A stretch of 62,948 nucleotides of DNA, the filler included, from Asterionella formosa (Eukaryota), in assembly GCA_002256025.1 (NCBI GenBank). It is 11 parts of 11 records of this genome, joined end to end, with 100 filler letters (N's around TTAATTAATTAA, not from the genome) between each part and the next. Parts side by side here need not be neighbours in the genome. Positions count along the whole stretch, not along the records: positions 59,902 to 61,375 come from NKIB01002284.1; positions 61,476 to 62,948 come from NKIB01002285.1; 9 more parts are not named here. One strand, given 5' to 3'. Made by a program: the position numbers and the translations under genes. The notes under the pieces are model-generated. The model was not told the DNA's origin and searched no databases. It saw nothing but the letters and a program-made list of their open reading frames with translations. Below are positions 60,823 to 62,948 of this stretch, one piece after another; positions within the stretch are counted from its first letter, which is position 1, and every line of letters begins with the position of its first letter.

Positions 60823-62090
60823 TCCCTAATTTATTCGGGTTAAACAAAAATTTATTTCACTTATCGAATAATTATGTGATCACACCAATAATTATGTGTG
60901 TTCGTGACAATATATGTTGACCAACTAGCCATCGCAACAGTTTAAAAGCGAAATTATGCTGCTCTGCCGCAATATTATGCTGCTTTCACCATATAATGAA
61001 CGAAAGAGTCGCCAATTCCGATTCACTTATTATTTTTTCCGCTCCGACATATTTCTTTGATCTGAACTGGCGAAGAATAACACATGCAAGAGGAAGATTC
61101 ACACTGTAGAATTCAGCACACGTAGTAGTAGTTGATGTTGTAGACACATAATTAAGTCATTGTTGATTGTAGAGATTACAATAGCCTGCCAGATTGGAAA
61201 TAAAGCACCGTTGGTACTTGTTGAGCATCGTTGAGCATTGCATGTCTCCGTAGTGAATCGAAATTGAGATGTGCCACAATGGCCTTCTCCGTCTCGGAGC
61301 AGCTACAAATAGTCTACAGCGATAACTCTAGCAAGTACAATATAGAAAAAGAACCAGAGGATGAGTAGCTGACAANNNNNNNNNNNNNNNNNNNNNNNNN
61401 NNNNNNNNNNNNNNNNNNNTTAATTAATTAANNNNNNNNNNNNNNNNNNNNNNNNNNNNNNNNNNNNNNNNNNNNGCCTGCCTTCTCAAGACTGAAGATG
61501 CCATTCTGAAAGAACTGCTTTGTTTGATTGCATATCGAGATTTGTTTCCCATGTAATGTGAAATACCGGTTGTTGAATTAGTAATCAACATTATTTGATA
61601 GTCCTTTTAAAATACGTAAAAAAATTTAATAAATTACGTGAACCATATTATGGAATTACGTGAACAAAAATTTAAGGCAATGTGAACTCAATTACAGAAT
61701 TAATTGAAGTATTTCAAATAATTATGTGAAGGTGATCATCTCTACGTATATGTATGCAAAACAAATATTTTGTGATCCTAAATTTCCAACTTACTACAAG
61801 CCACGGGCGGCTACTCTGCTGGTGAACCCGGCTACCGGTATATTAAAACAGGAGAATTACCATCGGAGCTTGCGCTTGATGGGGGCACAGAAGTTTGGTT
61901 GCAACTACGATACACTGGGCACATCATGCATGAATGGGGGGAGTGCATCAAGCATTGGTTCAACAAAAATCATAACGCATAGACACAGAACAACACTACA
62001 AATTGCATCTTCATGTATTGGACGCTGTAATTCCTTTCAACAACAAGTCTTCCTCCAGTCAGCATCACTAGTTCCTAATTTTATCCAAGC

Positions 62091-62930
62091 ATGTGTAAAA
62101 ACCCTGCAAATAAACAAGTAAGAACAGAAAAGGGAACCATTAAGAAAAAGTCAATTCCTCGAATCAGCACTCAAGGACGCGCTCGAGCAAACGAATGCAT
62201 ACAATGCTGGGCTCACAAACGTTCCGGTTTTCGTTGCCTTTCCATGGTTGAATCTCGCGAAGGGGAGCCAATTCCAATTCCATACTGCGAGGCTCACTTA
62301 AAGTCTGGTGATGCTGCTGTAAAGGTCGTGTCCCACCCATTTGCGGGAAAGACTCTAGTTGCCAACTGGGCGTTACCCAAGGATTATCGCATGGTCTTTT
62401 GGGGCTACCGAGGCAAATGTCCAACTTCGAACAAGGAAGATCGTAGCATATCATATTATCCACCCAATCGAAAGACAGGTCGTAACCTTATTCCACATAC
62501 AAGAACCTTGAAGACGGACAATTACAACGGAGTCTTGAATCCCAAAGGGACCGGAGATATTTTACAGTATGCTGCTTGTCCAGGCCCCAGCGAGAGACAG
62601 AATATGAGGTAAGAATAATTGCATATATTTTTATATATTCGCGTAAGTTACCATTACTGTCCCGACCGAATCTCATCGTTTGCTGTGTACAGATCCACAT
62701 TTCAATACTTTGGCCTCCGAAATGGTAACGTGGGAGGATTGGAGTTCATCACTCTCGAAGAAATTCCAAAAAACACCCAGCTTTGTCATTGGTATGGGAA
62801 GGGATGGTGGAGTGCTCGTGGGATCAAGAGACAAGATGTCGCGACCGAAAAGTATCCTGCTCCAAAACGAAGGAGCTTGAACCAGTTGGATGCATTGACC
62901 AAGTCAAGCAACAAGTCAAAAGTGTTTTGA
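62091..62930 (+). CDS. Divergent SET-domain-like protein with N-terminal C3H finger, 2 exons; start uncertain
   Basis: GT-AG intron 62609-62692. QCWAHKRSGFRC...YCEAH finger; SHPFAGKTLVA..ALPK (SET-N-like); LEFITLEEIPKNTQLCHWYG (SET-C-like). Confidence 0.6.
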
Positions 62931-62948
62931 TGCTGTTAATGAATACGT

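Noticed and set aside
24382..61475. Regularly spaced TTAATTAATTAA palindromes within N runs (about 1575-bp period after 48.8 kb)
   Set aside because: Artificial six-frame-stop linkers between length-sorted contigs; not a biological array.
48876..62948. Apparent island of clustered Gypsy, LINE, hAT, PGRL1 and SET genes
   Set aside because: Each lies on a separate ~1.47-kb contig; the clustering is an artefact of concatenation.

Overview
Eukaryotic nuclear DNA, most likely from a diatom or other photosynthetic stramenopile. Evidence: short GT-AG introns, signal peptide + AF bipartite plastid presequences, a PGRL1 fragment and diatom-type Copia elements. The window is NOT one locus. It is 11 contigs (24.4 kb, 24.3 kb, then nine of about 1.47 kb in descending length) joined by artificial 100-bp linkers (N44-TTAATTAATTAA-N44), so adjacency across linkers has no meaning. 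Host genes: an atypical CDK (PCNVIRE), an SGNH-type protein, a 2OG-Fe(II) hydroxylase-sulfotransferase fusion, an alpha/beta hydrolase, a plastid NTF2/SnoaL-like protein, NCBP3, a CENP-B/pogo-type HTH protein, pterin carbinolamine dehydratase, an LRR protein, cytochrome b561 and a divergent SET protein. The mobilome is rich: two Copia elements (one complete with LTRs and TSD), fragments of Gypsy, LINE, Crypton, PIF/Harbinger and hAT, and two TA-flanked MITEs. Strongest new signal: non-coding DNA is studded with TA-CCGG-TA and TA-CCWGG-TA motifs. Comparing duplicated sequences inside the window shows these are discrete 6-7 bp insertions at TA sites that can stack on one another, probably serial transposon excision scars. 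A tandem-repeat element that has captured a piece of PGRL1 is also visible. All family assignments come from motif recognition by eye; no searches were run.
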